A stretch of DNA of 64,000 nucleotides from positions 4,092,001 to 4,156,000 of the forward strand of contig CP158636.1 of the NCBI GenBank assembly GCA_050273025.1, read 5' to 3'. Origin of the DNA: Cenococcum geophilum (taxonomy: Eukaryota). Below the pieces are notes generated by a model. It worked only from the letters and a program-made list of their open reading frames with translations. It did no database searches and was not told the DNA's origin. Of this stretch, positions 25,451-38,249 are shown one piece after another; position 1 is the stretch's first letter, and each line of letters begins with the position of its first letter. Both the position numbers and the translations under genes were made by a program.

Positions 25451-28400
25451 AGAGAACCATTACTATATTATATTAAATTATCTAAAATAATATTTATTTT
25501 ACTAGCCTTATAAATAGCCTTAAAGTAGCTTTTATTTATTTAAAATATGCTATTAGTATAAAAGAGGTAAATATAATTATGGTTGCCAAATGCGCAGATT
25601 GCTGGTAGGTTTCGCGTAGGTTGCGCGCAGGTTGCGCGTAGACTGCGCGTAGGCTGCGTGTTAAAAAAACATGATATAGGCTAGTCGGTCAAGTTACTAA
25701 ATGCCCTCAACTGCGCGCTAATTACGTTAACCACTAACCATTGAGGCCATTAGTAGGGTACTATATTTTGCCGATGTACTATTTCCCTTATAACCCAGAA
25801 CTGGTTTAGTATATTTTAGCTAATAAGCCACTAGGTAACCGCCTTAAGGCCTTTTTATATTAAGAGTAGTGTGTTATAGTTCTCTATGCCAGCTACTAAG
25901 AGTATTACTTCTTAGTTGGTGTGTAAGGGGTATAATAGTATTACGTGTTTTAGTATCTGTCTTAGCTAGCTATATTTACATCTTAAGCTACCTACTAGGA
26001 CACCTACCTAGTAGAGCCAGTCTTTTAGTCCTATTATTCCTATTTTTAAGAGTGTTGCTATTATATTTTCTACCTTTATTAGGCCTTCTTAGAGCCCTAG
26101 AGTGTTTACCCCCTATAGTGTTAACTATGCTACGGCTTAGGTTTTTCTTGCCTTAGTTAGCTTCTATACCTTTAACTTCTATATACCTCTCTAGCGTTAG
26201 TTTAGCCAGTGTTATATTATGGTAGATGGTTTCCTAGCGTTCTTTTATGCTCTACTTTAGCTCCTTTTTCTCTCTTACTATTGTCTTTACTAGCCTCTTA
26301 CGCGTCTCCCTTTCTCCTCTATATAGGCCTAGGCCCTAAAGCAGCACCATTTTTTTTCTGCTTTCTTTACCTATTTCTCTAATATGTCTTCCCTACTTTA
26401 GGGTTATTAGTTTATTCTCCTATAGGGCGCCCTAGGGTCCCTCTATAGTTTATTTAAGTGTGTCTTAATATACTTTATAATATTAGAGTTGCGTTTATTT
26501 TACGCCCTTTATATTGCAGCGGCTTTAATATATAGTTATAGGGGGGGAATATTGGCTTCCTTTTTAAGCAGTGCTGTGGCCGTTCGCTTATATCCGCCTA
26601 TTATACTCCGGAGGTAGGCTGTTTGGACCTTTTAGAGTGGTTTAAGGAGTGATTTGGGGGGGCCTTTCTTAGATTCTCCAATGGCCCAAATACTAGATAA
26701 GCACTTAATTAAGGTCCTTAATTACTACTATATATAAGAATAAATGCTAAATACCTAATCTAAAAAGCTACTATATCTTGTTCTTAGGAGTATAATTAGT
26801 ATCTATTAGCCTATTAAGTAATAACTAATAGGAATAATATCCCTTTATAAGAGTATAGGTAGGTATAAAAATAGGAGTAAGATAATAAGGTGTAGTAAAA
26901 GCAGAAACTCTTAAACGCTTAATACTAATATTAGGTCTAAACTAATACTAATAAAGCTCTTAAGGCGTAAGCTTATAGTCTATAAAGATATACTTATACC
27001 TAAAATAAATAGAGATGTTAGCTAGCTAGTACAGTCTAAAACTACTAAGACCTTACTATGGTAACTATTAATTACCTATCTACTAAGTACCTAAAGGGTA
27101 ACCTATCTAATAACGTATTATATTATACTTTTTAGAAACTTAATACGTATACGCGAACTCCTTTTTATAGTATACAACAACCTTTCTTTTATTACCCTTA
27201 TCCCTTACCCTATCCTTAATATACTAGCCTTACTCTTATATTAGGCTCTAATAGCTAGCTTACTAGGAGTTATAGGCGGTATAAATAGCTAGTATAGTCT
27301 TAAATTCTACCTAGATATTTAGTATTAGCGCTAAAATAAGAGAGAGCCTAGGCAATATAGTAGTTAAGAATATTAAAGGAACGTCGCTACTTAGGCCCAG
27401 GCTATTAAAGCCTAAAGTTAGTAATAGAAAACCATTTAAAAAAGATAAGAAAAGCTTACCTTAATATAACTGCCGCTCTTAGTATATATATATTAATTAT
27501 AAGGACTAAAGGTATTAGACCTTATATAGTAAGTCTTATTATTAGCCTCTAGGATCCTCTTATTAGACTTTTAGTATTTTAAGGACGTATAGGTAAAGTT
27601 ATTTAGGTAGGACTAGTACTAGTTATAGGTTAGCGGAGGTTAAGGTTCTATATATTATGGTAGGGCTAAAATATGCTAAGAAATTGGCTTTAAAAAGCAG
27701 TTAATAGGAGATTACAGCGGTATATTAAAATAATAATAAAAAAGAAGTAAATCTTAATAATATATTAAAGAAATATCTAAAATTAGATAAAGGTTAATAA
27801 TAGGAAGTAAAGTATTTATTACGGACCTTATATCGGTAGTAGTAGCACTACTAAGAAGAGATATAAATGGGTTAGTTAAGATAGTATAGGAGGCGCTAGA
27901 ACTAATCAAGCTATAGGATAAGGGGTAGCTAAGTTACGTAGCTAGTTACGTTACAAGTTCGGAATGTGGGAACGTAGGAACGTAGGAACGCGACGTACTA
28001 ACGTACTAACGTACCGACGTACTTAGTATATTTCTTAAGCGCAGTCTTATATATTTAAAGGACTACAGTCCCTACCTAGATAGTTCTCTTCTTTATAGTA
28101 AATCTTAGAATATAATTAGAGTTAATCTATTAAGTAACTTACTCTACTAGTTATAATATTGTTTAACTTTCTATTTACCTATATCGGCAAAATATGGTAC
28201 CCTACCAATGGCCTCAATAGTTGGTGGTTGACGCAATTGGCGCGCAGTTGAGGGCATTTGGCAACTCGACCGACTAGCCTATGTCGTGTTTTTTTGACAC
28301 GCAGCCTGCGCGCAGCCTGCGCGCAACCTGCGCGCAACCTGTACGTAACCTATAACCACAATTGTATTTAGAGCCATCCACCTCTTTTATACTAATAGTA

Positions 28401-29079
28401 TATTTTAGATAATAAACAAAGGCTACTTTAAAGCTATTTATAAGGCTAGCAAGGCAAATTATATACACTTCTTTATATAATCCATTATATTGTTTTAGAT
28501 AATTTAATATAATATCCTAACTGTTTTATAATATATTCTAAAAGCATAAGACCTTTCCTGCTCTCCCTATAACAATAATATACTATAAGTATTTAGCTTT
28601 ACTAGCATAGCACATATATATAGCTAAAAAGTAGCTACTAAGAGTAGCAGATATAGGCCGAAAGAAAGGTAGATTAAGAGCTAGTATATACAATAAAGAA
28701 GCCGTAGTTATCCTATAGGAGAGTATAGAAAGTCCTATACCTAATCTCCTACCAAAAACTCTACCGGCTTCTCTATACTAGAGTCCAGAGCATATATTAT
28801 AAACTTTATATACTACTCCTTATTCTTAATCAAATTTAATATTACTTTTCCGTTACTATACTAGCTATAGCTATCCTCTGCAAGGCTATAGTACTACTTA
28901 AATTATACAAATAACTTATTAGATTTAAACCTTTCCGGCCTAGGCTTACTAGTTCCTATATTTAGGATAAAGTGGTATACTAGGGCGGAGGATATATATT
29001 CTGCTAAATCTAACGAACTTAGCTAGTTCCAAAAGTTAAATTAGCAAATATTGTAGTAGTAGTAGGGCCCTAGATTTTC

Positions 29080-29225
29080 TAGCTTACTCTAGGGCTCTCC
29101 CTTTAAGACGGACTTGGCGGACTAGTCTGGCCTACTCTAGAGCTCTCCATTTAGGACAGACTTGGTAGACTGGTTTGGCCTACTCTAGAGCTCTCCCTTT
29201 AAGATAGACTTAGTAGATTAGATAG
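29080..29225. repeat. ~48-bp tandem repeat, 3 copies
   Basis: CTACTCTAGRGCTCTCCMTTTARGAYRGACTT unit repeated three times. Confidence 0.8.
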
Positions 29226-29559
29226 TATAGCCCAGCTCACCAATAAATAGCCTAAGTTAATAATCGCGTTAGTTTCGTTGTCGCTAAGGCTTATAAGGAA
29301 CCTCTCTCTTATATCATCGCTTAGATCCGCTATAAGGTCGTTAAGGTTATCTTTATACGGGTCCTTAATAATTTCTATAGTTAATTAATCCGGTATTGGG
29401 CCCGTAGCATGTTTAATAACTACGGGCTAAAGCCATAGCTAGATTCTAGATTGCCGTTTTCTAGACATCTAGTTCTAGCTGCCTAAGAGGTTAGCGTAGG
29501 CTTCTATAACGGGTTAGAGAATAATAATAGGTAGTAAAACACCGGATATACACTAACCG

Positions 29560-30460
29560 CTAATAACAGTGCTATAAAAGTTGTCCGTTCCCTTAGACCT
29601 AGTTCTATACTCCCTAATTACATAATATATTACTATTAAAACGAAAGTAATAGTGTTGCCGGTAAGCTTTTTAAATATATTATAAGAGTAGGGTAATTGG
29701 GCAAGGCCGTTTCTTCCTCTACCGTAAAATATACTAGCTATACTAGTAACTATTACGTTAGAACGGAAGCGGTTATTACTTGGCTATTAACTCTTATTAG
29801 CATTTTACTAAATAGTACGGGTAAAATACCTTTATATAATCCAGCGTAATAAAATTGTAATTAGTTAGTAGTTCCACGATTAGTTTAGGCGCGTTGTTAA
29901 ACCCTAGCCTATATACCTCCCTTATAACTATACAAGCCTTTATAATCGCGTAGTTCCTAAAGTTCCCTATTACGTTAAATAGCTGTATATAATATTAAGA
30001 TTGTTAGTAGATAATTTAATATAATATTTCTAGTATATAGATACCTTATAAGCGGACACCGGGTTAGGAATACGATTAGCTTTTTTTTATACTACTTTTG
30101 GCTGCTTTAAAATAGCTTCTAACTATGTCTTTTTTATTATATCCTTAATAAGGCCTAGAAAGCGGTCGAACTATAGGTTAATAAGATGCCCGTTATAAGT
30201 CCTAGAGTTAGTTATTAGCCTTATTAGTAAAATAGACCTATAAAGCGCAAATATAGGCTTATGTCTCTTAGGTAGGTTTTCTTTTATACGTCGCCGTTAT
30301 AATATCTAGAGGTACTCTTCTCTTACCCGTATCGCGGCAGTTAGGTCAAAATTGTCTTTATAGTCCGACTTGTCCTTACTTTCCCTAGTACTATCTAGGT
30401 CCCCTTTAAATCGAACACTAGATTGGTGTACTCTATATTAGAGGGAGGTTACTTATTTCA
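29560..30460 (-). pseudogene. RIPed cargo gene, possibly DUF6532-like
   Basis: Minus strand reads NRFRSNVIVTSIASIFYGRGRNGLAQLPYSYNIFKKLTGNTITFVLIVIYYVIREYRT at ~29580-29780. The resemblance to DUF6532 is from memory only. Confidence 0.4.
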
Positions 30461-30944
30461 TAGACGAAGCTATATTAGGGTTTAGGCGAATATAGCTTAC
30501 TAGGGAGAATGTAAAGCCAAATGTTGGTTGTTTACGCGATAAGGTTTAAATTAGGCACGCGGGAGAGTATTTTAAACTAGTACGCAATTGTTTACGCGGT
30601 AAGGTACGGATTGGGCATATAGGAGAGTATTTTAAACTAATACGCAATTGTTAAAAGCCGGAGGTATATTACGAAGATACTGCTTTTTATAGCGGTGGGC
30701 GGTTAGATAGTAAATAGAGTATTCTATTTACTAGGGCTTACTAAGTGCCAAATAGTAGAGGAGACTATTAAGTATTACAGTTAGACTCCGGTTATGTATA
30801 AAGGTATAACCTACCTTAACTAAAAGATTGGGACTTTATATCTTTAACTAAGCTAATTCTACTACCAGATTATTAACAGATTTAGTAGATTTATTAATAT
30901 TTAGTTGCTGTCGTTTTATAGAAGAAGCAGGTATAGACTCACAG

Positions 30945-31340
30945 TCACTATCCTTATTATTAGAGATTACCCTTTTTAGCCAGAGGCGGCTATGTATATT
31001 CTATACATTATTAGCCAGCTTAATATATTATATACAACGTTAACAGGGTCTATTACATGCCTATTTCTCTTTATACCTAGATATAACTAAACCAGAGTCG
31101 CTATTCTTATTATTAGATATTACCCTTTTAAGCTAGAGGCGGCCATATACATTTTATATATTGTCAGCCAGCTTAATATATTATATTCGACGTTAATAGG
31201 GTCTATTACGTGCCTACTCCTCTTTACGCCTAAATATAACTAGACCAGAGTTATAATATTGCTCATTCTAGCTAGGTTCTACGTGCTCGTTCTAGCTAGG
31301 TTCTATATACTTATCCTAGCTGGGTTCCACATGCTTATTC
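30945..31340. repeat. ~150-bp duplication followed by a ~24-bp array
   Basis: Units at ~30950 and ~31100 share TTACCCTTTT..GCYAGAGGCGGC. TGCTCRTTCTAGCTAGGTTCYA repeats at 31260-31340. Confidence 0.75.
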
Positions 31341-32949
31341 TTTGTTAGTATATTCTTCCTTCCGTTAGCTAGGATATGGGCAACTCTTAGTAGTAGGCTA
31401 GGTAGAGACGTAAGGTTAATTATACTAGTTATCCTCGTTTCCTTATCCTACGTTAACTTAAAGTAGGGTTCTTGCTACTAGTTTAAGTGTTTAATAACGC
31501 GTTTTTACGTTTACCTGCTATAGTAACACTCCTATATTTACCTAGTTAGCAAAAGGTATAGCTTATAGCTAGAATAGGTTACCTTATAGCTATTTCTGTA
31601 ATGTCTAGGGCGTATATAGATTAATAACTTAAAAGAATATATACTGGTATGGTATATATTGGACTAATAGCAGTATTAGTAGGAGTATTATTACTATAGT
31701 GCTTACAAATGACTTAAATAGGGGTATATTTATTGTGATTAGCTGCTAGTTCTAACTAGTTGCGGTTAAGCCGCAACTACGACCTATTAACTCGCGTTAA
31801 GTTAGTAGTTAAGAAAACATTATTATATAGTTAAAGATTGTCTAATACTATTTGCTATTATACGCGAAACTGTTTTATTCTATTAGTATATCCCTTAGTA
31901 GATACGGTATGCGTATATAAAAGGTTAAACGTTAATCCTGGCAATAAAAGCAGTAGGCTAGTAAGGCTTATATCTGAATTTAACAGGGAGGTACCTTATT
32001 AAATCACTTTACCCACCTAGGGCGCTGGCTTTTAGATCCTATACCTTATTTTAGTCCACCTATATTAGGTTTAACACCCATCTTATACTTAAAGCGAAGC
32101 TTATCTACCTTATCCGTGCAGCTCACTAGTGTAGATAATGCTAGGGTAGGCACAGGCGGCATACAGGATAGCAATTACACTTCTATATAGTTATATCGCT
32201 ATATTCCACACCCTTATATAATACCTAGTATTTCTACCGCAAACATCCAATGTTATTCTTCCGCGTTGTTAACCCTACTAGCCTATAGTAAGCCTAACCT
32301 ATCCCCTATATATATATCGCAATAGCAATTAAATTTAGTAGAATAGTAAGGAAAGCGCAAGTATAGATATAAGGATTGGGTGTTAGATACTAAGAGTAAG
32401 CTAGGGACGGTATTAACATATATTACCCTAACAAGTTCACTAAAAAGAATGGGTATAAACCTTAGGCTTTATTATCTAATCCCCTTAGGCGTTTTAAGAA
32501 TGCCGGATAAGTTATAAGAATATCTTAGGTTATATTATTCTAAGACTCCCTCGCCTAATAGTATACTAAGGGGCTCTATTAAGCCGTCTACCTTTATATA
32601 TAGTAATCTATTAAACTAGTAAGTATTCCGGATAAAGCAGTAGCTTTAAGGCGCATAATCTATACTATGGTTATAGTTACCTTTGCCTTTTCTATTACGG
32701 GTTAAGGCATAGAGTAAGGGCTCTTTTTCGACTAGGAAAGGTTTTTTAGGACAGCTATGGGTTAAGTATCGCCTTAGTATTAACCTATTTACTAGTTCTA
32801 CCTATTCTTATATATATAGAGTGCAAGTTATTTAGTAAAGGCAAGGGTGCGGAAATAGAGGGTAAGTAATTATATTATTCTTAGCTAGTAGCGCAGACTA
32901 TAAATATAAGTTAGTAACGCTAGCTTAACTTTAAGCAGTAACCTACTTA

Positions 32950-33570
32950 TTCTTCTTTATTTTATTATAAATAAAAACCTATCCATTTTTTATAGAAATA
33001 TATCCTTAACCACACTGCGCTATTTCTCTTCGTTTATAAGCTAAATTCGTCCTCTAGCTATCTTATCGCTAATATAGTAGCAAAGCGTTTTGCTTTTAGG
33101 GTTAAAGTTAATATCCTAGCCTAGTATATCTATAAATATATTGAAGCTTAAATCATTAATATGTATATCTAGAGCGTTATTCTTACCAATCGCTAGCTTT
33201 CGGGTTAGGATAATTATTAGCTCTTCGTCAGCTGCCCGCCGGATTAGTATTATTATTATTCTATATAACCTTAGTGTTCCCTCCTACCTTATTACCTTTA
33301 GTATACCAGCCAATAAATAATACGCAATGGCGGAGTATAGGAGTACTAGGTTACCTATTATAATTTACCTAATAGGAGCCGTTTTATTTATTTAACGCGT
33401 CACATTATAACTATAGCGCTAGGCAAGCTGTTTAACATATTTAGTATATAGGTTCTCAGGTAAACCTAGAAACACAAATAGAAATTCGTTAGAGATTTCG
33501 TTTAATATTTGCCGTATTTATACCTTACTTATAAGGGAGCGTAGTAGCTATCTAAGGAGCCCGCGCGTTG
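32950..33570 (-). pseudogene. RIPed hypothetical cargo gene
   Basis: Protein-like reading DLSFNIFIDILG.DINFNPKSKTLCYYISDKIARGRI.LINEEK.RSVVKDIF with RIP-type stops. Family not recognised. Confidence 0.35.
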
Positions 33571-34079
33571 ACATTTTAATTTTAATATTATAGTAGATCG
33601 TATTATATTATTCATTCATAAGCCCTAGATCTTACTTAAGAGTGTCTTTAATATTATAGCTTAGGTCTATTGTTAGTGCTATAATTTTAGAAGCGTTAGG
33701 GAAGGTACAGTAAAAAAGACGTCTTAATTACGCGCCAAGACTAATATACAGAATTATATAGATAGGTATATTGTTTAGTTATTATATAAAACAATTAGTT
33801 AAATGTCTTATAAGAAATAAATAAGCGTATTAGCGAACGCTTCTTCACCCACTACACCACCTAGACTTACGACCTCCTATCCCTTTTACGTCTCCATCTA
33901 TAAGCTCAATTCAGCACCCAGATTCGTTAATACTTTTTTTTAATATATTTTTTATATATTCATTATATTATACTACGTATAATAATACGCATATAGCCTC
34001 TAGGCTATAGTGCTATAGTTCTATATATATAAATCCTTTCTAGGCAGCTTAATATATACTAGTAACTATATTTACTAAT

Positions 34080-35210
34080 ACTTTAAGACGCCCAGTTAGC
34101 CCATAACTAGTAGAGCCTAGTTAGCATAATTAGAGGTCCCAACCTCTACTAAAATACTTAATATCCCTAATAAGGGCCAGAATATCATCAGCGAAAACGG
34201 AGATATTCCACTACAAGTCAATAAGATCTTAGGTCTATATAGCTTAATAAAGGAGTATCTAAGCTCTTAATATAATCTTTTAAGAGAAGATACGATTAAA
34301 CTGTTAAGAGAGGTAGTAAGTCAAATTAGAGTAGACCCTTTTTAGTTTGCCGGAATCTAGATATAGTAATAAAGTTAGTATATATAAATAGGTAAGCATG
34401 CTATAATTCCAAAGCAGTTATCCCCTAACATCTATAAGGTCTATATTAGCTTAGTAATATTTTCACCTTAAGGGCTAGTAATCTGCATAGCGTTCTTACT
34501 TAGAAGAGTAGGGAAGATAATCCATTAGGATTAGTTAAAAAGACTAGTCGCCAGGTCTCTAGTTGCTTTAACTCCCAAGACTAACAATTTTCAAATAAAA
34601 TATATACTTATAATAGTGGCGGCGAGACCATTAGCCGTATTAGAATAGAATCCCCTAGAGGTTAACTTATTCTTTAAGACCTAAAAATATTAAGATTAAC
34701 TTATCCGTATTATAGACGATAGTTAAGGAACAAACTAGATTTTATAAAGTTAGTTACTACACTATATTAGCATTATAAAAGCTAATAAGAGAGCTATAAG
34801 TGTGTAATGTTTTCTAAATAAGAAGATATCTAACCATTAATAGATTCCCGTTATTAGAATACCTTATTTAAGTTTAATAGAATATTAAAGCACTATAATA
34901 CGTTATAAATAAGCCTTATACGGATCTTAGTTTAATTATAGCTATTAAAAATACTTCCTTATTTAAGAATATTTACATTCTTAAAGACTGGTTAGATATA
35001 ACTACTATAGGGCTTAACAAATCTCAAGCTACTGTACTAAAACAAGTTCTTATAAAGCGTCTTATAATAATCCAAAGACCTCTAAGCACTAGAAAAACGT
35101 AGCTTTAAAGGCGTTACTTAACAATATAATAATAGGAGATCCCCCTATTATTATTACATATTATACAAACCATACGCTAAACTAGTTATTTAGGTATATT
35201 GCTTAAAGTA
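34080..35210 (+). pseudogene. Truncated, RIPed Hrr1/SAD-3/ZNFX1-like superfamily-1 RNA helicase
   Basis: VNKI.G...KEYLSS*YNLLREDTIKLLREVV (~34215-34320), KRLVARSLVALTP..NF...IIVAARPL (~34540-34635), LNKSQ...KRLIIIQRPLSTRKT (RIPed IQGPPGTGKT, ~35010-35100) and DPPIIITYYTNHTLN (RIPed TNHALD). Similarity ends at ~35200. Confidence 0.8.
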
Positions 35211-35344
35211 ATATATACTTTATAAAATTTCCTAGTACTTCTAACCGTCTTAATACTATCGCTTATACGGATAGACGATATTACACTATATTAGGCGCCA
35301 GGGCCATAGAAGTAGGAAGAAGAGGAAGCGTTAGGGCTCCCTCT

Positions 35345-35735
35345 TTTTATATCTTATATTTTATTTTTTCATATTATCTTATATTGTCCTACCATTGTCC
35401 TGCTATTATATTATATTATCCCATATTGTCCTATATTGTCCTACTATTATATTATATTGTCCTGCCATTATATTATATTATCCTGCCATTATATCATATT
35501 GTCCTACTATTGTATCACATTATCCTGCTATTATATTATATTATTCTACCATTATATTATATTGTCCTATTATTGCCCTACTATTATATTATATTGTCCT
35601 AATATTATCCTACTATTGTCCTACTATTGTATTATATTGTCCTGTTATTATCCTACCATTATATTATATTATTCTATTATTATCCTACTATTATATTATA
35701 TTATCCTATTATTATCTTATATTGTCCTACTATTG
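35345..35735. repeat. Low-complexity TATTAT/TGTCCTAC array
   Basis: Directly visible. Accounts for four overlapping Y/I/L-rich ORFs. Confidence 0.9.
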
Positions 35736-36819
35736 TCTCAGTACTACTATATACTTTTTACCATTTACTAAGATTATGGTTGTGGGTATTTATCGGCCAG
35801 GATCTAAGCAGTAACTCTTGGCAGTAATTTTACTGCCTAAATCTCTTATAGATTAATCAATTAGCGTAGAGCCGTTGCATTATAGTAAAGCCATATCTAA
35901 GCAATCTATATCGTGATCCTTAGTATAGTATTACACGTAGAAATATTCAATTATTAGATTTAGGAAGGTGTTTATATTTTAATTAAATTCATAAGACTAT
36001 AACTAAGGGCCTTTATAGCGCAGTAGCATAGTAAGTTCTACAATTACTTTAGTTTAGGGTTGCTCAGTCACTACAGGAAAGTCATAATGCTTAGCGTGGT
36101 GTTAAACTTAAGGTGCCTCGCCACTGCAGTAGCAGAGATATAGTAGATTAACTACTTACTAAAATATAGCGCCCCCGTTGCTGTAGTAGCCACTATAGTA
36201 ATAGAGATACCCTATATTTATAAATTTAGATTCTATATACGGTATAGCTTACAAATTTAACGCGCTTGCCGATCTAGAGGAGCTTTTAGATTAGAAAGTT
36301 ACTAGATTAACCAAACAATCACATTAGAATTAGATTTAAGCTTCAGCTTAGATATATTCTGCGGCCTTTAGATTTAATCTAAAGTCGCAACCAAACGTTC
36401 CCTAAGATTTAATATAGGGATCTCTCCCTAAGGATCTGGTTTGATCGTAAGGTTTAGGAAGGGGTTATAATTTAGTTAAATTTATAAGATTACATTCCAA
36501 AGTCCTTATAGCGTAGTAGTATAGTACATTCTACCTCTTGCTATGATTTAAAGCTAGCCCAACATAATTAAAACTTAACATAGAAGAGCCGATATGCTTA
36601 GTATATAGTGCTGAGATTTTGTTAAATATATAACTTTAGGCGTTACGGGACACGTATAAAAATACAAGCTTAATTTAGAGCCTTACTAACGCCTAATTTA
36701 ATAGAAAACGACCTTCTTTTTTAATATTTTTAATATTTTTAATACACAATAAGTAGGAATCGTACCTACTATACCTAGGAGTTAAATGCGTAACGTCCAA
36801 TTACTTAATCTAGCTAGGA

Positions 36820-37050
36820 GGCTTAGCGGCAATACAATAGGGCTTAATAACATAATAAGGCTTAACGGCGATATAATAAGACTTAGTAATATGATAAGAC
36901 TTAATAATATAATAAGGCTCGGCGACGTAATAAGGCTCGGCGACGTAATAAGACTTAACGATATAATAAGGCTCAGCAACGTAATAAGGCTTAGCGGTAA
37001 TATAATAAAACTTAATAATATAATAAGTCTTAGCGACGTAATAAGGCTTA
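36820..37050. repeat. 18-bp tandem array (TAATAAGGCTYRGCRACG-like)
   Basis: About 12 visible units. Accounts for the ORFs at 36782-37064. Confidence 0.88.
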
Positions 37051-38249
37051 GGGCCGGGCAATAAGGGGAAGATTTAAGGTTGCTTAGTTACTAATGCCTA
37101 ATAGCGAAATCCAACGGTATAGTACTGCTATTAAGGTGTTTTAATGCGGGTAGGTTATATAAAGGTTTTATCCGTAATATATTTAATATATCCTAAAAGT
37201 CTGCCTTTTACTTATCTTTAAGGTTAAATTTCTAGCCTATAATGAATTAAATATTATAGTTGGTAAGAGCACAATAAATAACAGCATATTTTGCCCTATC
37301 GTTCTTAAAACCGTTAAATATAAAATAGTAGGTAGTCTATTAACTTATATCTATTAGTGCCGGCTAATAAAGTGCCTTTAAAACGTACTAATATTAATAA
37401 TAGCCCTTTTATTTTATAGTATAATAAGCTTAATAGTAATGGGGTTTCGGTTCTTATAATTAAGCACATTTGTCTAGCGGAGCTAGGTTTACCAATTATT
37501 CCAGTTAGTATTATATTATAGGTTAATTTGATATCTTATACTAATAGAAAAAGGCAGGAGGTAGATTAAATGGAATAATTAGGGTACGCTTTTCTTCGCC
37601 GTTAGGGATTTCGTATAGACGTTACATAGCGTACGGGTAGGAGCTAGTGGTCGTTAAGACGTCGTGGGCAGTAGTAAAAGTTTCATACGGGATAGTAAGA
37701 TCTCGAAAACCACTACTAACGGTTCCCCCTTATAGTAGATAACTATGTATATGCGCTATAACTATACAATTAGTAGACAAAAGCGGTAGTTATAAACGTT
37801 AGTTTGTCTATTCTAATGCCGTCTTATTTTTTATAACAATTTAAAATATAGAGGGAGCTTTAGTTACGGGATGATCCTCTTATATACTAATTAGGCTTTT
37901 AGAATAATAAAGATGGCATATATATATAGTCTATTAGTAAAGAGGATACACCTTAATAGGAATTGTTAATGTATATTAGAAACGAGAATTAGTAGGGTTA
38001 TAGGCTAGATTACTTAACAGGTATTAAGGTAGTTAGTAGCCGGAGTAATATTAATCCAGATAAAATTTAAATTTTTTAAGGTTTAGTTAGTTATAAGGTG
38101 GTTAACACTAAGATAATATATTATAAAATATTAAATAGTTGTATATTGTCTATATATATATATATTATACTAAGATATACTCTTATTATAGGGGATCGCT
38201 GCTCTAACTACACCAGCTACGCTATTTCTATTATATTATTATTAGCCTA

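Larger units (their letters stand above)
23143..25776 (-). mobile_element. Non-autonomous 2.6-kb element sharing both termini with the giant Plavaka element (inverted relative to it)
   Basis: TA|CATTGGGAAAATAT...ATATTTTGCCGATG|TA. ~23143-23690 matches the reverse complement of ~53600-54173, and ~25460-25776 matches that of ~28182-28520. Confidence 0.88.
22831..26697 (-). mobile_element. 5'-truncated Tad1-like LINE (~1.2 kb), interrupted by the 23143-25776 element
   Basis: 14-bp TSD TAAGCACTTAATTA (22817-22830 and 26698-26711). 3' tail AATGAATAATAA. RIPed ORF2 C-terminus (LLKIGIIGLKDWL...RCKYS.LRQILKHVILLY, a zinc-knuckle region) at ~25780-26100. Confidence 0.82.

Noticed and set aside
23694..26156. 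Repetitive ORFs (EALHKAL, RRASCRA, YLPIYI) and ORF 25869..26156
   Set aside because: Translations of minisatellites, or the antisense of the LINE ORF2 remnant.
35384..37064. Y/I/L-rich ORFs and the LRR-looking ORF 36786..37064
   Set aside because: Low-complexity and 18-bp nucleotide arrays open in several frames, with no domain context.
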